Below, piece by piece: positions 9,992-19,662 of a stretch of 64,000 bases of DNA. A model generated the notes under the pieces. It saw only the letters and a program-made list of their open reading frames with translations, searched no databases and was not told the origin of the DNA. Every line of letters begins with the position of its first letter. The stretch's first letter is position 1. This DNA comes from a virus. Lineage: Duplodnaviria > Caudoviricetes. Position numbers and translations under genes: made by a program. The stretch is taken from IMG/VR virus record IMGVR_UViG_3300017700_000409, positions 1 to 64,000 of that record. One strand, written 5' to 3'.

Positions 9992-10948
9992 ATGGCAAAC
10001 CCTGATGGTGTCCCCGTCCTCCAAGACAATGATGTATTCTTTGAGAATACTGAACCTGTTTTCGAGGACGGTTTTGATCTTCCTGATGTGTCCTCCTTCG
10101 TTCAATGGGGGATTTTTAACGGGGATGGGACACCAGTTATCGTAGGTGACTCTGTCCTTGCTTTTCAATATGCGCGTGATTCAAATATATCGATGTACCC
10201 GGTCGAGGACGGGGGTTTTGCTGCTTACAATAAAGTGCAGACCCCTTTTGGTGTCCGCTTCTCTTTCACTAAAGGCGGAACCGATAGCGAGCGAACTGAT
10301 TTTTTGAATGACGTAAAGATTGCGCAAGACACCTTGGAGCTATTTCAAGGGATAACGTCTGATAAGTCATATTCAAATATCACAATCGATCACGTGGACT
10401 ATCGGAAAACCTCCCGCCACGGTGTACAACTTCTTATCGTTGATGTGTGGTGTGTTGAAGTTAGGCAGGCTCCTCCTCTTCAATTCTCCAACTCCAATTC
10501 AACGGAAGCCGCCACAGACCCTGCTCCGATTGTTTCGGCTATTGAACCTCAGGCAAATAACTCAATCAATAACGGGACTGTTCAAGGTATCGCCCCGACG
10601 CCACAGCGAGCTTTGAATGAGCAGAGGTTCCTTATTGACGCGCCTCTTCCTGGGAGCGTTGTTGTTACAGGCGGGGATCGAGGATCGCTTGTATCGCCTG
10701 CGACAATAACCGCGCCTTTGATTTCGCTTACCAACTCGGTTGGAAATATAGCGCCCCCTGCGATTGCGACTGCGGTGCGTAGTCAGATAACCTACGGGAC
10801 TGTTAACAGCCCCGCCTCTGCCTTGGTTTCGGGGGTTCTTCGCGGGGCCCTTAATCAGACAATCGGGTATGTGACAAATAGCGGGTTGAGTGTTTCTGTT
10901 AACGTTGTTCAGCACATAATTCCCCCGGGCTTCACGGTGGTTCAATGA
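9992..10948 (+). CDS. Baseplate/tail-tube initiator (Dit-like N-terminus)
   Basis: YPVEDGGF.AYNKV..PF motif; follows the TMP. Confidence 0.7.
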   Translation: MANPDGVPVLQDNDVFFENTEPVFEDGFDLPDVSSFVQWGIFNGDGTPVIVGDSVLAFQYARDSNISMYPVEDGGFAAYNKVQTPFGVRFSFTKGGTDSERTDFLNDVKIAQDTLELFQGITSDKSYSNITIDHVDYRKTSRHGVQLLIVDVWCVEVRQAPPLQFSNSNSTEAATDPAPIVSAIEPQANNSINNGTVQGIAPTPQRALNEQRFLIDAPLPGSVVVTGGDRGSLVSPATITAPLISLTNSVGNIAPPAIATAVRSQITYGTVNSPASALVSGVLRGALNQTIGYVTNSGLSVSVNVVQHIIPPGFTVVQ

Positions 10949-11265
10949 TACAAATTCCTCTTCAAGCCGTAGCGTCGCAGGTTCTTTCTATAGTCTTGGG
11001 TGGGCAAAATACTCAGCTGAATATTTATAGCAAATTTGGCACTCTCTATATGGATGTGTCGGTTAACAACTCTCCTATCATTCTTGGTGTTCAATGCCAG
11101 AATGGTAACCGCATCGTTCGTTCCGTCTATCTCGGGTTCCAAGGTGACTTGATATTTGTAGATACTCAAGGCTCCAGCAATCCGAACTTTGAAGGTTTGA
11201 ATTCTCGTTTCCTTCTTCAGTATCTGACTGTTGATGATCTTGAGACGCTAGGGATTGAAACATAA
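10945..11265 (+). CDS. Small baseplate plug protein
   Basis: IPLQA..SQ....VLGGQ, YLGF.GDL.F.DTQG..P motifs. Confidence 0.7.
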   Translation: MIQIPLQAVASQVLSIVLGGQNTQLNIYSKFGTLYMDVSVNNSPIILGVQCQNGNRIVRSVYLGFQGDLIFVDTQGSSNPNFEGLNSRFLLQYLTVDDLETLGIET

Positions 11266-12248
11266 TGCCTTTCATCGAGCGGCAAATAACAGTAACGATC
11301 ACCCTACAGTCAAGGCTTGGTTCCCCAACGAGAGGTATCGCAGCGAATGCGAACCCGACATTTGCAGGGACATCGAGCAACACAGTCAAGATAACCGGGG
11401 GTGGCGCTGCTGCACAAAATGGCTATCGGATTTCAGCCCGGGTAACTAGGGCGGGCAATCCGAGTTTTGGGGATGCTGATGTACAGATTTACAATCTCCC
11501 GGAGTCAATTGCTAAGCAGGTTTCAACTCTGGGCGTCCCGTTGGCTTATATGGTCGGAGCCAACAGCATAATAATTCAGGCAAATGATGTCGGCTCTCCT
11601 CCGACAACGATATTCTACGGAACGATAAACACTGCCTGGATGGACTATCAAGCGTTGCCCGATAGCATCTTCAATATCTCAGCCCACTCTCTCGGGATAT
11701 ATGGCTCTGCCCCTGCTGCCCCTTTGAGCATACAAGGCGCAAGTCTTATCTCTTCGATCCTCGGAAATCTTGCGCCGCTTGTTGGATTGAAACTCATAAG
11801 CCTTTTTTCGAGTGGGGACACAGAGCCTAGTCTTTCAAATCAGTATCTCCCCGGCTCTCTTCGTGATCAGATAAGGGCTGTGTGTCAAAAGGCGGGTATT
11901 GATTATACAATTGACGATGTAACAAGCTCACTAATCATAGCTCCAAAAAACAAAAGCCTTAATTTGACCGGGGCTCCCGTTCCGATTATCGGGCCTCCTC
12001 CTATTGGAAACATGGTTGGTTATCCGTCTTACACAGCACAGGGCCTCCGGGTTAGAAGCGAGTTCACAACCGCGATAGGCTTCGGGAGTGATGTGATAAT
12101 AAAAGGCAGCAGCCAGGATGTCGCAAACGGGACGTGGAAGGTTACATACCTTGACTATGATCTCGAATGCCAGGCAGAAAACGGACCTTGGTTTACTAAT
12201 CTTGAACTTGCAGCCCCAGGCTACGCTGTAGCAGCACCATCGAGGTAA
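11265..12248 (+). CDS. Baseplate hub protein (Mu gp44-like)
   Basis: A.VQIYNL, F.G.I..A..DY, GMVGYP.Y, G.W.V...YDLE....GPWF motifs. Confidence 0.75.
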   Translation: MPFIERQITVTITLQSRLGSPTRGIAANANPTFAGTSSNTVKITGGGAAAQNGYRISARVTRAGNPSFGDADVQIYNLPESIAKQVSTLGVPLAYMVGANSIIIQANDVGSPPTTIFYGTINTAWMDYQALPDSIFNISAHSLGIYGSAPAAPLSIQGASLISSILGNLAPLVGLKLISLFSSGDTEPSLSNQYLPGSLRDQIRAVCQKAGIDYTIDDVTSSLIIAPKNKSLNLTGAPVPIIGPPPIGNMVGYPSYTAQGLRVRSEFTTAIGFGSDVIIKGSSQDVANGTWKVTYLDYDLECQAENGPWFTNLELAAPGYAVAAPSR

Positions 12249-12251
12249 TAA

Positions 12252-12923
12252 ATGGCCGAAGGCAATCAGGCGTACGCAGGGCAAAGAGATTTCCCGTCCG
12301 CCAACTCGCAATACAATGTTATGGAGTTTGTATTCCGTGTCTTAGCTGGACAGATGGCGACCTGTACCCTGGTTAAAGTCATGGCGGTTTATCCTGGGGA
12401 CGATCTAACCCCAGGGTCAATTGATGCGCTTCCCTTAGTTAATCAACAAGATGCTCTCGGCAACACGACGCCACACGCAACTATATATGGCCTTCCTTTC
12501 TCTCGGGTACAAGCCGGGGCAGCGGCTGTAATTGTAGACCCTGCTGTTGGTGATATCGGCATCGCAGTTTTCGCGAGCCGGGATATTACATCAGTCAAGA
12601 ACAATGTAAGAGATGATAAAGACCCGCAATCAAGTCCAGGTTCATTCCGGCAATTTGATTACTCGGATGGCTTGTATCTCTTCACGGCTCTTAGCAAGAC
12701 CGAACCAACAGACTATGTCCAAATACTTCCAGATGGCGGAATAAACCTAAAGGACCGCTTCAACAATAGCATCGAGATGGCTAGCGGGGGAATAACTATC
12801 AACGGCATCTTCTTCCCGACTAGTGGAATAGAATTCAACATCAAGACGCACAAGCACACACAGCCTAACGATAGCCACGGCGACACGGAACAGCCGACAA
12901 ACGCCCCAACAAATGGATCGTAA
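12252..12923 (+). CDS. Baseplate central spike (gp138/gpV-like)
   Basis: DP.VGDIG.AVFASRDI, RQFD.SDG, C-terminal HKH metal-binding motif. Confidence 0.85.
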   Translation: MAEGNQAYAGQRDFPSANSQYNVMEFVFRVLAGQMATCTLVKVMAVYPGDDLTPGSIDALPLVNQQDALGNTTPHATIYGLPFSRVQAGAAAVIVDPAVGDIGIAVFASRDITSVKNNVRDDKDPQSSPGSFRQFDYSDGLYLFTALSKTEPTDYVQILPDGGINLKDRFNNSIEMASGGITINGIFFPTSGIEFNIKTHKHTQPNDSHGDTEQPTNAPTNGS

Positions 12924-13274
12924 ATGTCAACATCAATCCTTCTTAATCCCTCGACATGGGACCTTCTAATTGATGTTAATGGGAATATCGCTCTTGCTTC
13001 TGAGCCTTACTCCCTTGCTCAAGATGTCGCTTGCGCTTGTAAGCTTCAAAAAGGGGAACTTTATTATGACACAACGCAAGGTGTGCCTATCTGGTCAATC
13101 CTCGGGAAACTCCCGACGCTCCAATTTATAAAAAATTCTTATGTAGCCGCTGCGCTTACCGTTCCGACTATTAAAGCTGCAGTGTGTTACATCACCCGGA
13201 TCGAGAACAGAGTTGTTGCCGGGCAAGTCCAAACTACAAACCGAGATGGCAGAACAACATTAACAAGGTTTTAA
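12924..13274 (+). CDS. Baseplate wedge protein (gp25-like)
   Basis: TWDL..D..GNIA, AQDVA.A..L..GELYYDT..G.P motifs. Confidence 0.75.
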   Translation: MSTSILLNPSTWDLLIDVNGNIALASEPYSLAQDVACACKLQKGELYYDTTQGVPIWSILGKLPTLQFIKNSYVAAALTVPTIKAAVCYITRIENRVVAGQVQTTNRDGRTTLTRF

Positions 13275-13277
13275 ACC

Positions 13278-14942
13278 GTGGGCACCAATGTACCTTTACC
13301 TAATTTTGGTCCGCAGGGATTTCAGGCCCCGACAGATGCCCAGATACTAGCGGGCGTTCAAGCGGATATGAATGCCGCTTTTGGTGGTGGTTTAAATTTC
13401 TCCACATCAACAGGGTCGGCAGTAAATCCTACTCCTCAGGGGCAACTTGCGATTAGCCTGACTGCGATTATCTCTGCTGTGTATGCCGAGTTTGTGAATT
13501 TCACAAACCAGGTAAATCCGGCTTTTGCCGAAGGCCGGATGCAAGATGCTATAGGCAACATTTATTTTATCCAAAGATATCCGGCGCAAGGAACCGTTGT
13601 TCAATGCATTTGCACCGGGGCGGAAGGAGTTACAATTCCAGGCGGATCGATTGGAACGCCTCCTGCTGTGATGGCGGTCGATGAATCTGGAAATCAATAT
13701 CGCTGCTCCGAGGGTGGTGTAATTCCTGCAGGCGGCTCTCTTACTCTTCCTTTTGTTAACATTCTTCCCGGCCCTATACAGTGTCTCGCGGGGACGCTGA
13801 ATGTTATTTACAGCACGATCCCGGGCTGGGATAGCATAACCAACCCATCAGATGGGGTGGTTGGGAATGACGCTGAAAGCCGCGCTGCCTTTGAAACGCG
13901 ACGTGTCGCAACAGTCGAAGGAAACAGCTTCGGCCCGGTTGGGGCGGTTATCGGTGCTGTTGCAAACGTTGATGGCGTCTTGGATTTTATCGGTTATAGC
14001 AACAACACCGCAGCGCCAGTGAACTATCTCGGGGTCATGGTCCCGGCCAACTCGATGTTCATATGTGTAGCCGGGGGAAGTGAAGCCGATATCGGAGCGG
14101 CTATCTTTAGCAAGCTCAACCCTGGCCCGCCGATGTTTGGAAATACAACGGTTACTGTTTATGACGACAATCCGTTGTATACCGCGCCAATCCCGTATGA
14201 GGTGACGTTTGAAGTTCCGGAAGAACTCGCAATCATATTCTCGGTCGTTATCCACAATGGCCCGACCGTTCCTTCAGATGCAGTTGCATTGATACAAAAC
14301 GCCATCGTCAATGCCTTTAATGGAGTTGACGGTGGGCCTCGCGCGCGGATTGGGTCGCTTCTCTTCGCGAGCCGCTATTACTCGGCTGTTGCTGTCCTCG
14401 GGTCTTGGGCTCAAATTGTTAGCCTAAAGATTGGGTCAAACAACTCCCCGGGCGCAGTGTTCTCTGGAACTATCGCAGGTACAGTCCTAACCGTTGATAA
14501 TCTAGTCTCCGGGTCTATTGCTATAGGTCAAATTCTATCTGACCCGTTGGGCCGTGTAGCGGCTGGAACCCGGATAACAGGCGGGGCGAGTATGACCTGG
14601 TCTGTTGACAAGACGCAAACGGTAGAGGGCGCGAGCTTCACTGGTGATGTAGGCTCTCCTACAACCCGGCTTATCGTTACAGCTGTAACCGGGACGATCA
14701 ACATAGGAGATACTGTTGCGGGAACCGGGATCACAGCAGGCACAACGATCCTATCACAAGTAAGCGGGACCCCGGGGGCAGCAGGAACGTATGAACTTAG
14801 CGCGACAAACACCGCATCAAGCTCATCGTTAACCACCTCCGATACTTTTACGGCCTCGACCGCGAGCCTCAATGACCTACAGGTTCAAGCGGACCAAGTC
14901 CCTGTTACATCAGCCCCTCTTATCTATGTTACAACTGGGTGA
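13278..14942 (+). CDS. Baseplate J-like protein with two C-terminal inserted beta modules
   Basis: GTG start; TPQGQL, A.GRMQDAIG.IYF..R, GPIQC.AG, GWDSITN, G..AESR..FE.RR motifs. Confidence 0.85.
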   Translation: MGTNVPLPNFGPQGFQAPTDAQILAGVQADMNAAFGGGLNFSTSTGSAVNPTPQGQLAISLTAIISAVYAEFVNFTNQVNPAFAEGRMQDAIGNIYFIQRYPAQGTVVQCICTGAEGVTIPGGSIGTPPAVMAVDESGNQYRCSEGGVIPAGGSLTLPFVNILPGPIQCLAGTLNVIYSTIPGWDSITNPSDGVVGNDAESRAAFETRRVATVEGNSFGPVGAVIGAVANVDGVLDFIGYSNNTAAPVNYLGVMVPANSMFICVAGGSEADIGAAIFSKLNPGPPMFGNTTVTVYDDNPLYTAPIPYEVTFEVPEELAIIFSVVIHNGPTVPSDAVALIQNAIVNAFNGVDGGPRARIGSLLFASRYYSAVAVLGSWAQIVSLKIGSNNSPGAVFSGTIAGTVLTVDNLVSGSIAIGQILSDPLGRVAAGTRITGGASMTWSVDKTQTVEGASFTGDVGSPTTRLIVTAVTGTINIGDTVAGTGITAGTTILSQVSGTPGAAGTYELSATNTASSSSLTTSDTFTASTASLNDLQVQADQVPVTSAPLIYVTTG

Positions 14943-14945
14943 TAT

Positions 14946-15632
14946 ATGTCGGAAGATGAAATCAGCTTTTATCCTTCGATTGATGTATCAAGTGCATTCG
15001 GGGAGTTTATATTTGGTGTAAGCCCGTTTGGAACTGTTCCGATCCTTAATTGGAGAGATACGGTTGTTACGCAATATGCGAATAGCCCAATTCTTCTTCA
15101 CCTTATTGAAAGCTGGTTCCAAAGCATAGATCAAGAGCAAGATATTGATTCATTCTTTGATCTAATCTGGAATGTGATGACCGCCCAAGGTTACGGGCTA
15201 GATATCTGGGGCACGATTGTCGGAGTTGATAGGAACCTTGAGGTTGCCGATCCAGAAGAGGCGTTTGGGTTTAGTCAGGGTGAAACTTGGGATACATTCG
15301 GTCCTGCCGGAACTGCCCCGTTCTATACAGGGGCCTCCTTGACTAATATCTTCACTCTAACAGACACCGCCTATCGCCAATTGATATTGGCGAAGGCGCT
15401 TGCAAATATATGTGATGGATCGATACCGTCAATAAATGCAATTCTCCTGGCCCTTTTTGGACCATCTAATCCGTTTGGGCCAGGAGGTAATTGCTATGTT
15501 ACAAATGGGCAAGATATGACTATGACGTTCACTTTTGAGTTCACTCTGAATCCAGTTCAGAATTCTATCATCTACAACGCAGATGTGCTCCCCGTTCCAA
15601 GCGGCGTAGTAATATCAATTGTTGTCCCATAG
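14946..15632 (+). CDS. Baseplate wedge subunit (DUF2612-like)
   Basis: QYANSP, TA.GYGLD.WG.IVG, L.D..YR.LI.AKA..NI motifs. Confidence 0.85.
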   Translation: MSEDEISFYPSIDVSSAFGEFIFGVSPFGTVPILNWRDTVVTQYANSPILLHLIESWFQSIDQEQDIDSFFDLIWNVMTAQGYGLDIWGTIVGVDRNLEVADPEEAFGFSQGETWDTFGPAGTAPFYTGASLTNIFTLTDTAYRQLILAKALANICDGSIPSINAILLALFGPSNPFGPGGNCYVTNGQDMTMTFTFEFTLNPVQNSIIYNADVLPVPSGVVISIVVP

Positions 15633-15643
15633 GAGCATTACAA

Positions 15644-16480
15644 ATGCAACTTTCAAATTTGCCGCTGAAGTTTCTTAAAAGGTTTGGCGAAAGCGCAAAC
15701 CCGGTAAACATTCGGCCCATCCCGGTAACAACAGCCGATCCAACAGCAGCCTCACAAACGACTGGTTGGCCCGCCAACGCCTTCGTTCCCTCGGGGGCCG
15801 GGGGTATTCCCCCTGATGGCCGGGATATGAATGGCCTGGACAATCAGCTTTCATCTTGGGCGCAATGGCAATCGGCTGGTGGATATGTCCCTTATGATTC
15901 TGTATTCCAGATTGCTATTGGGGGCTATCCAATATGGTCTGTTGTTGGATCGGTAACAAACCCTGGATCATATTGGCAGTCGACTGCTGAAAATAATCTA
16001 ACCAACCCAGATACCGGGGGAGCCGGGTGGCAGGCTTGGCCTGCCGCTGCGGCTATCCCTTGGAGTTCTCCCGGAGCTATCGGGAACGTCGCACCTAACT
16101 CGGGTACATTTACGTCTCTGTATTCTGCGGCGGGTTTAACGGCAAACGGGCCTGTTAATGCAACTGACCTTAGAATAGGCGGAGTTGGGTTCACTCAGTT
16201 CTTTGGTGTTCCTTCAAGTTACGCAAAGCTTCCGAGTGGTATGATCATCCAATGCGGCCGCTTCTTTTCCGCAACGGGCAATGGTGATGTTACTGCATTC
16301 CCTGCAACCTTCCCTAACACTTGCGCAATGGCGATGGTCGCCGGAACTGATAGCAGTAGCAATCGTCATGAAGTGAACGTTAAACTCGATGCCGGCTTTG
16401 GCTTCTTCACAACGTGGACTTGGCGTAATGGCTCTATCTCTTCGGCGGTTCCTGTTGGTTGGATAGCGATAGGGAATTAA
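15644..16480 (+). CDS. Tail fibre protein (short)
   Basis: N-terminal AS..TG.P, GG.PP.G.D.NG, GGYP, W.S..ENN..NP baseplate-binding motifs; C-terminal LPSG.IIQ.G / FP..FPN domain. Confidence 0.8.
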   Translation: MQLSNLPLKFLKRFGESANPVNIRPIPVTTADPTAASQTTGWPANAFVPSGAGGIPPDGRDMNGLDNQLSSWAQWQSAGGYVPYDSVFQIAIGGYPIWSVVGSVTNPGSYWQSTAENNLTNPDTGGAGWQAWPAAAAIPWSSPGAIGNVAPNSGTFTSLYSAAGLTANGPVNATDLRIGGVGFTQFFGVPSSYAKLPSGMIIQCGRFFSATGNGDVTAFPATFPNTCAMAMVAGTDSSSNRHEVNVKLDAGFGFFTTWTWRNGSISSAVPVGWIAIGN

Positions 16481-16484
16481 AAAT

Positions 16485-17132
16485 ATGAAATTCTTCAAAA
16501 GAAATAAAGCAAAGTCAGAACAACCCGCAGAAGTCGCGGAAGGTGAAAAGCCTCCTGAAGTAAAATTCTCGACCGCGAAAGAACCTCTTAAGCGTTATGT
16601 GAAGACAGATGGCGCTGGTGTGATTGTTGGGTTTTATTCGAGCGACATAAATCCAGTGATCCCTCCTGAGGCTGTTCCGATTAAGGAAGAGGATTATCAG
16701 CGCATCCATAGCGAAGGTGGAACGAAATATAGGTTTCTCAAAGGCAAGCTTATATTTGTTGACACCCCTTCAACTCGGGATCATCACGCGCGTAACGCAA
16801 TTCATTCCGGTTTAACAATAACCATAGCGGGTGTCCTCAAAAAAGTAACCTTCTCGGCAGACCGCACGACTGTTCGGAGACTGGTAAATGTTATGTGTCT
16901 CCTAACGAACAAAGGAAAGTTCCCCGGAAGCGCTGAAAAATACCCAATCAAAGACGCAAAGGACGGATGGCACGTTCTTACAATGGAACAATATAAGGCG
17001 GTAGCTCTAGCGATCATCTCTTATGCCGAGGGCTGTGAGATAGTTGCTGATGGATGCACGCTACACGATGACGATGGGGACCCGACAAATGGCGCGGGTC
17101 TTCCAGCCTCTGATATAACTATCAAGATATGA
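16485..17132 (+). CDS. Tail fibre assembly chaperone-like protein
   Basis: GFY......IP.EAV.I.EE.YQ motif; follows the fibre. Confidence 0.6.
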   Translation: MKFFKRNKAKSEQPAEVAEGEKPPEVKFSTAKEPLKRYVKTDGAGVIVGFYSSDINPVIPPEAVPIKEEDYQRIHSEGGTKYRFLKGKLIFVDTPSTRDHHARNAIHSGLTITIAGVLKKVTFSADRTTVRRLVNVMCLLTNKGKFPGSAEKYPIKDAKDGWHVLTMEQYKAVALAIISYAEGCEIVADGCTLHDDDGDPTNGAGLPASDITIKI

Positions 17133-17142
17133 GGATTGAAAC

Positions 17143-18498
17143 ATGAAACAAATGTTCAAGAAGCTTTTTCTTTTAGCTGTCCTGACGATCTTCCCTGCCA
17201 TAGAAGCACAAGCCCTTACTGCTGGGTGCTCTGCTCCGCCCCCCTCTTATGGGGTGGTGTGGTCTCCAAGCCAGTGGGTTACTTGCCTTTCATCTTTTCA
17301 AGCTAACCTTGGATATGTTCCGCTAAATTCAGCGGGCGGCTCGATGAGCGGGGAGCTATTTGTTGCCCCGTCAATTACCTCTAACGCTCCTCTGAATTTC
17401 CCATTGGGAGTTGCGCCTACATCTCCAACGAATGGAGACTTGTGGTTCACCTCCTCGGGCCTCTTCTATCGGGCGGGTGGAGTTTCGGTTGGGCCTCTTG
17501 CTGGAACCACCAGCCAGACCTTCATCAACCCGACCTTCACAGGAACCGCGACGTTCCCTGATGGAACCACCTGGACGTCAGCTGTAATTACTCCGGGAAC
17601 GGCACCTTGGGCGTCTCTTACATCTACAGGCACAACGATACTTGGCGGGGCTTCAGCGGCTGAAGGCCTTCGTGTATATCCTATCGCAAGTGCGGTAAAT
17701 CGATGGTCAATGAGCGGCAATACAACGGGAAATTCCCCCGTTCTTATTGCCGATGGAAGCAACACAGATATCTCGGGCACCTACTATACGAAGGGAACGG
17801 GCGGTCATTCTTTCTATACAGGCGCGGCGGGTGGAGGGTCTACGAGCGGAGGTGTCTTACAGGTTGCGATCCTCAACACCTCATCCGCTTCCCGATATGT
17901 TACGATTACAGGAAGTAACGGGGGAACCCCTGCGATAAACACTTCCGCTGGCGCATTACAGCTTGGGTCAGCTGCTTCTGCTGGTCTTAATGTAACTGGG
18001 GGAACGAACCAACTAACAATAACCGGGGGAACCGCTCCGGCGATAAACACCAGCGCTGGTAATTTAGCGATAGGAAGCGCAGGGGCAACAACATCGCTTT
18101 CTGATGCTGCCGTTCAGCTTTCTAATGCCGGCTATCACAGTTGTGATAGTTTAGGAACGAGTGGCGCCGGGACTATAACTTGTGGTGGCGCGCCATCTGG
18201 ATATATCACATATAACGATGATATAACAACCAATACAGCCGCAGCCACAGGCAATCTCTATTGTATGAATACTGCCTCGGGGGCGTTGACACTAACTCTC
18301 CCTGCCTCCCCAAGCAATGGAGCTTATGTTGCTTTCTCGGATTGTGGCGGAAACTTTGGAGCTAACGCCTTGACGATTGCTAGGAATGGCAGCAATATTA
18401 TGTATTCGGCGGGTAACATGACGGTATCAACCCCCTACGCAGGCGGGGTTCTCCGGTACTCGAATGGACGCACAAGCTGGATACTTAGCCCGCTCTAA
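17143..18498 (+). CDS. Fibre-like protein with N-terminal Sec signal peptide
   Basis: MKQMFKKLFLLAVLTIFPAIEAQA signal; GYVPLN.AG..MSG.L, SPTNGDLW and C-terminal NTASGALTLTLPASP.NG...D.GGNF..N.LTIARNGS.I fibre motifs. Confidence 0.65.
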   Translation: MKQMFKKLFLLAVLTIFPAIEAQALTAGCSAPPPSYGVVWSPSQWVTCLSSFQANLGYVPLNSAGGSMSGELFVAPSITSNAPLNFPLGVAPTSPTNGDLWFTSSGLFYRAGGVSVGPLAGTTSQTFINPTFTGTATFPDGTTWTSAVITPGTAPWASLTSTGTTILGGASAAEGLRVYPIASAVNRWSMSGNTTGNSPVLIADGSNTDISGTYYTKGTGGHSFYTGAAGGGSTSGGVLQVAILNTSSASRYVTITGSNGGTPAINTSAGALQLGSAASAGLNVTGGTNQLTITGGTAPAINTSAGNLAIGSAGATTSLSDAAVQLSNAGYHSCDSLGTSGAGTITCGGAPSGYITYNDDITTNTAAATGNLYCMNTASGALTLTLPASPSNGAYVAFSDCGGNFGANALTIARNGSNIMYSAGNMTVSTPYAGGVLRYSNGRTSWILSPL

Positions 18499-18513
18499 AA
18501 AGGACACGGACAA

Positions 18514-19653
18514 ATGAACAAGCTTCTCAAGACAATTATTATTTGTATCTCTCTTCTCTTCTCGATTCAGTTGGCGACTTCGCCTGATGTATCTGCGCAG
18601 ACAAACTTTAGCCAGTTCGCTGGTGCGCCTGCTATAGTATCCTACGATCAATGGGGCCGAGCGGGAACATTTACATATGTTGCCCCGGCCACGGGTTGGT
18701 ATTATGCAGAGGCCCTCGGGTCTGGCGGTGGTGGCGGGTCTGGGCGCTTTACTGGAATTGTGGGTGGTGGCGGTGGTGGCGGTGGTGGCTGCGGCTTCGG
18801 CTGGGTTTTTCTAACTAGCGGCACATCTGTAACAGTAACAGTTGGGGCTGGAGGGGCTGGGGGTTCTGGACCCGGCTCTGGTGCCTCTGGGAACACTTCA
18901 TCGTTTGGGTCATTTATATCGGCTCCAGGGGGAGGCGGTGGTGCGCTTGGTGGAGCCGCTGGAACTGCAGGATCAGCTGCAACTCTATCTTCAAGCGTTA
19001 TAAACGGCATCGCATACGCTGGTGGAACGGGGGGTGCAGCAGGAGCTTCATCTAGCGCGGGTGCTGGCGGTGGCGGGGCTTGTACCCGTTGGGGGGCCGG
19101 GGGTACAGGCGGAGCGTCCCAGGCCTCTGGGACCCTTGCCGGTGGCGGTGCTGGTGCAAATGGGAACGCAGGTCCAACCGCAGCTGCGTCAACCAGCGGC
19201 CAGGGCGGCTTTGCGATGTCAAATGGGACTATAAACGTCACAACGCCAAATAGGACAATGCCGATTGCGACTGCTATTTTCCCTGGTGTGGGGAGCGTTA
19301 CTGCAACTGACGCGTCAGGCCCAGGGTATCCTCTTCCGTGGGGGCTTATGAGTCCGGGAACAGGGGACATGTTTTATGGGGCTGCTGGAGTTGCCCCAAG
19401 CGGCCCTGGCCTCGCAGGAGGGGCGTTTGGCGGCGGCTCTGGAGGCTCTGTTTCTGGCGGGGCTGCACAGCCTGGTGGCGCTGGCGGAATATTCGGTGGT
19501 GGTGGTGGTGGTGTAAATGGGACAGGAGGCTTGGGCGCTGTAGGAGGACTTGGTGGCGGTGGCGGTGGTGGCGGTGGTACGACAGGAGACTGGGCCCCCG
19601 GTGGGGCTGGTGGCGCCGGATATGTTTTTGTTGCCCTAATCAACTTCCCATAG
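18514..19653 (+). CDS. Glycine-rich adhesin-like protein with N-terminal Sec signal peptide
   Basis: MNKLLKTIIICISLLFSIQLATSPDVSA signal; GTFTYVAP......ALGSGGGGG, VTVTVGAGG, GN.SSFG..I.A.GG, GG.G.V motifs. Confidence 0.65.
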   Translation: MNKLLKTIIICISLLFSIQLATSPDVSAQTNFSQFAGAPAIVSYDQWGRAGTFTYVAPATGWYYAEALGSGGGGGSGRFTGIVGGGGGGGGGCGFGWVFLTSGTSVTVTVGAGGAGGSGPGSGASGNTSSFGSFISAPGGGGGALGGAAGTAGSAATLSSSVINGIAYAGGTGGAAGASSSAGAGGGGACTRWGAGGTGGASQASGTLAGGGAGANGNAGPTAAASTSGQGGFAMSNGTINVTTPNRTMPIATAIFPGVGSVTATDASGPGYPLPWGLMSPGTGDMFYGAAGVAPSGPGLAGGAFGGGSGGSVSGGAAQPGGAGGIFGGGGGGVNGTGGLGAVGGLGGGGGGGGGTTGDWAPGGAGGAGYVFVALINFP

Positions 19654-19662
19654 GAGGATAAC

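Noticed and set aside
14249-14257. Perfect DnaA box TTATCCACA
   Set aside because: Single copy inside the baseplate J coding sequence; compatible with chance
18724-19580. (GGT/GGC)n runs resembling microsatellites
   Set aside because: In-frame poly-Gly codons of the Gly-rich protein
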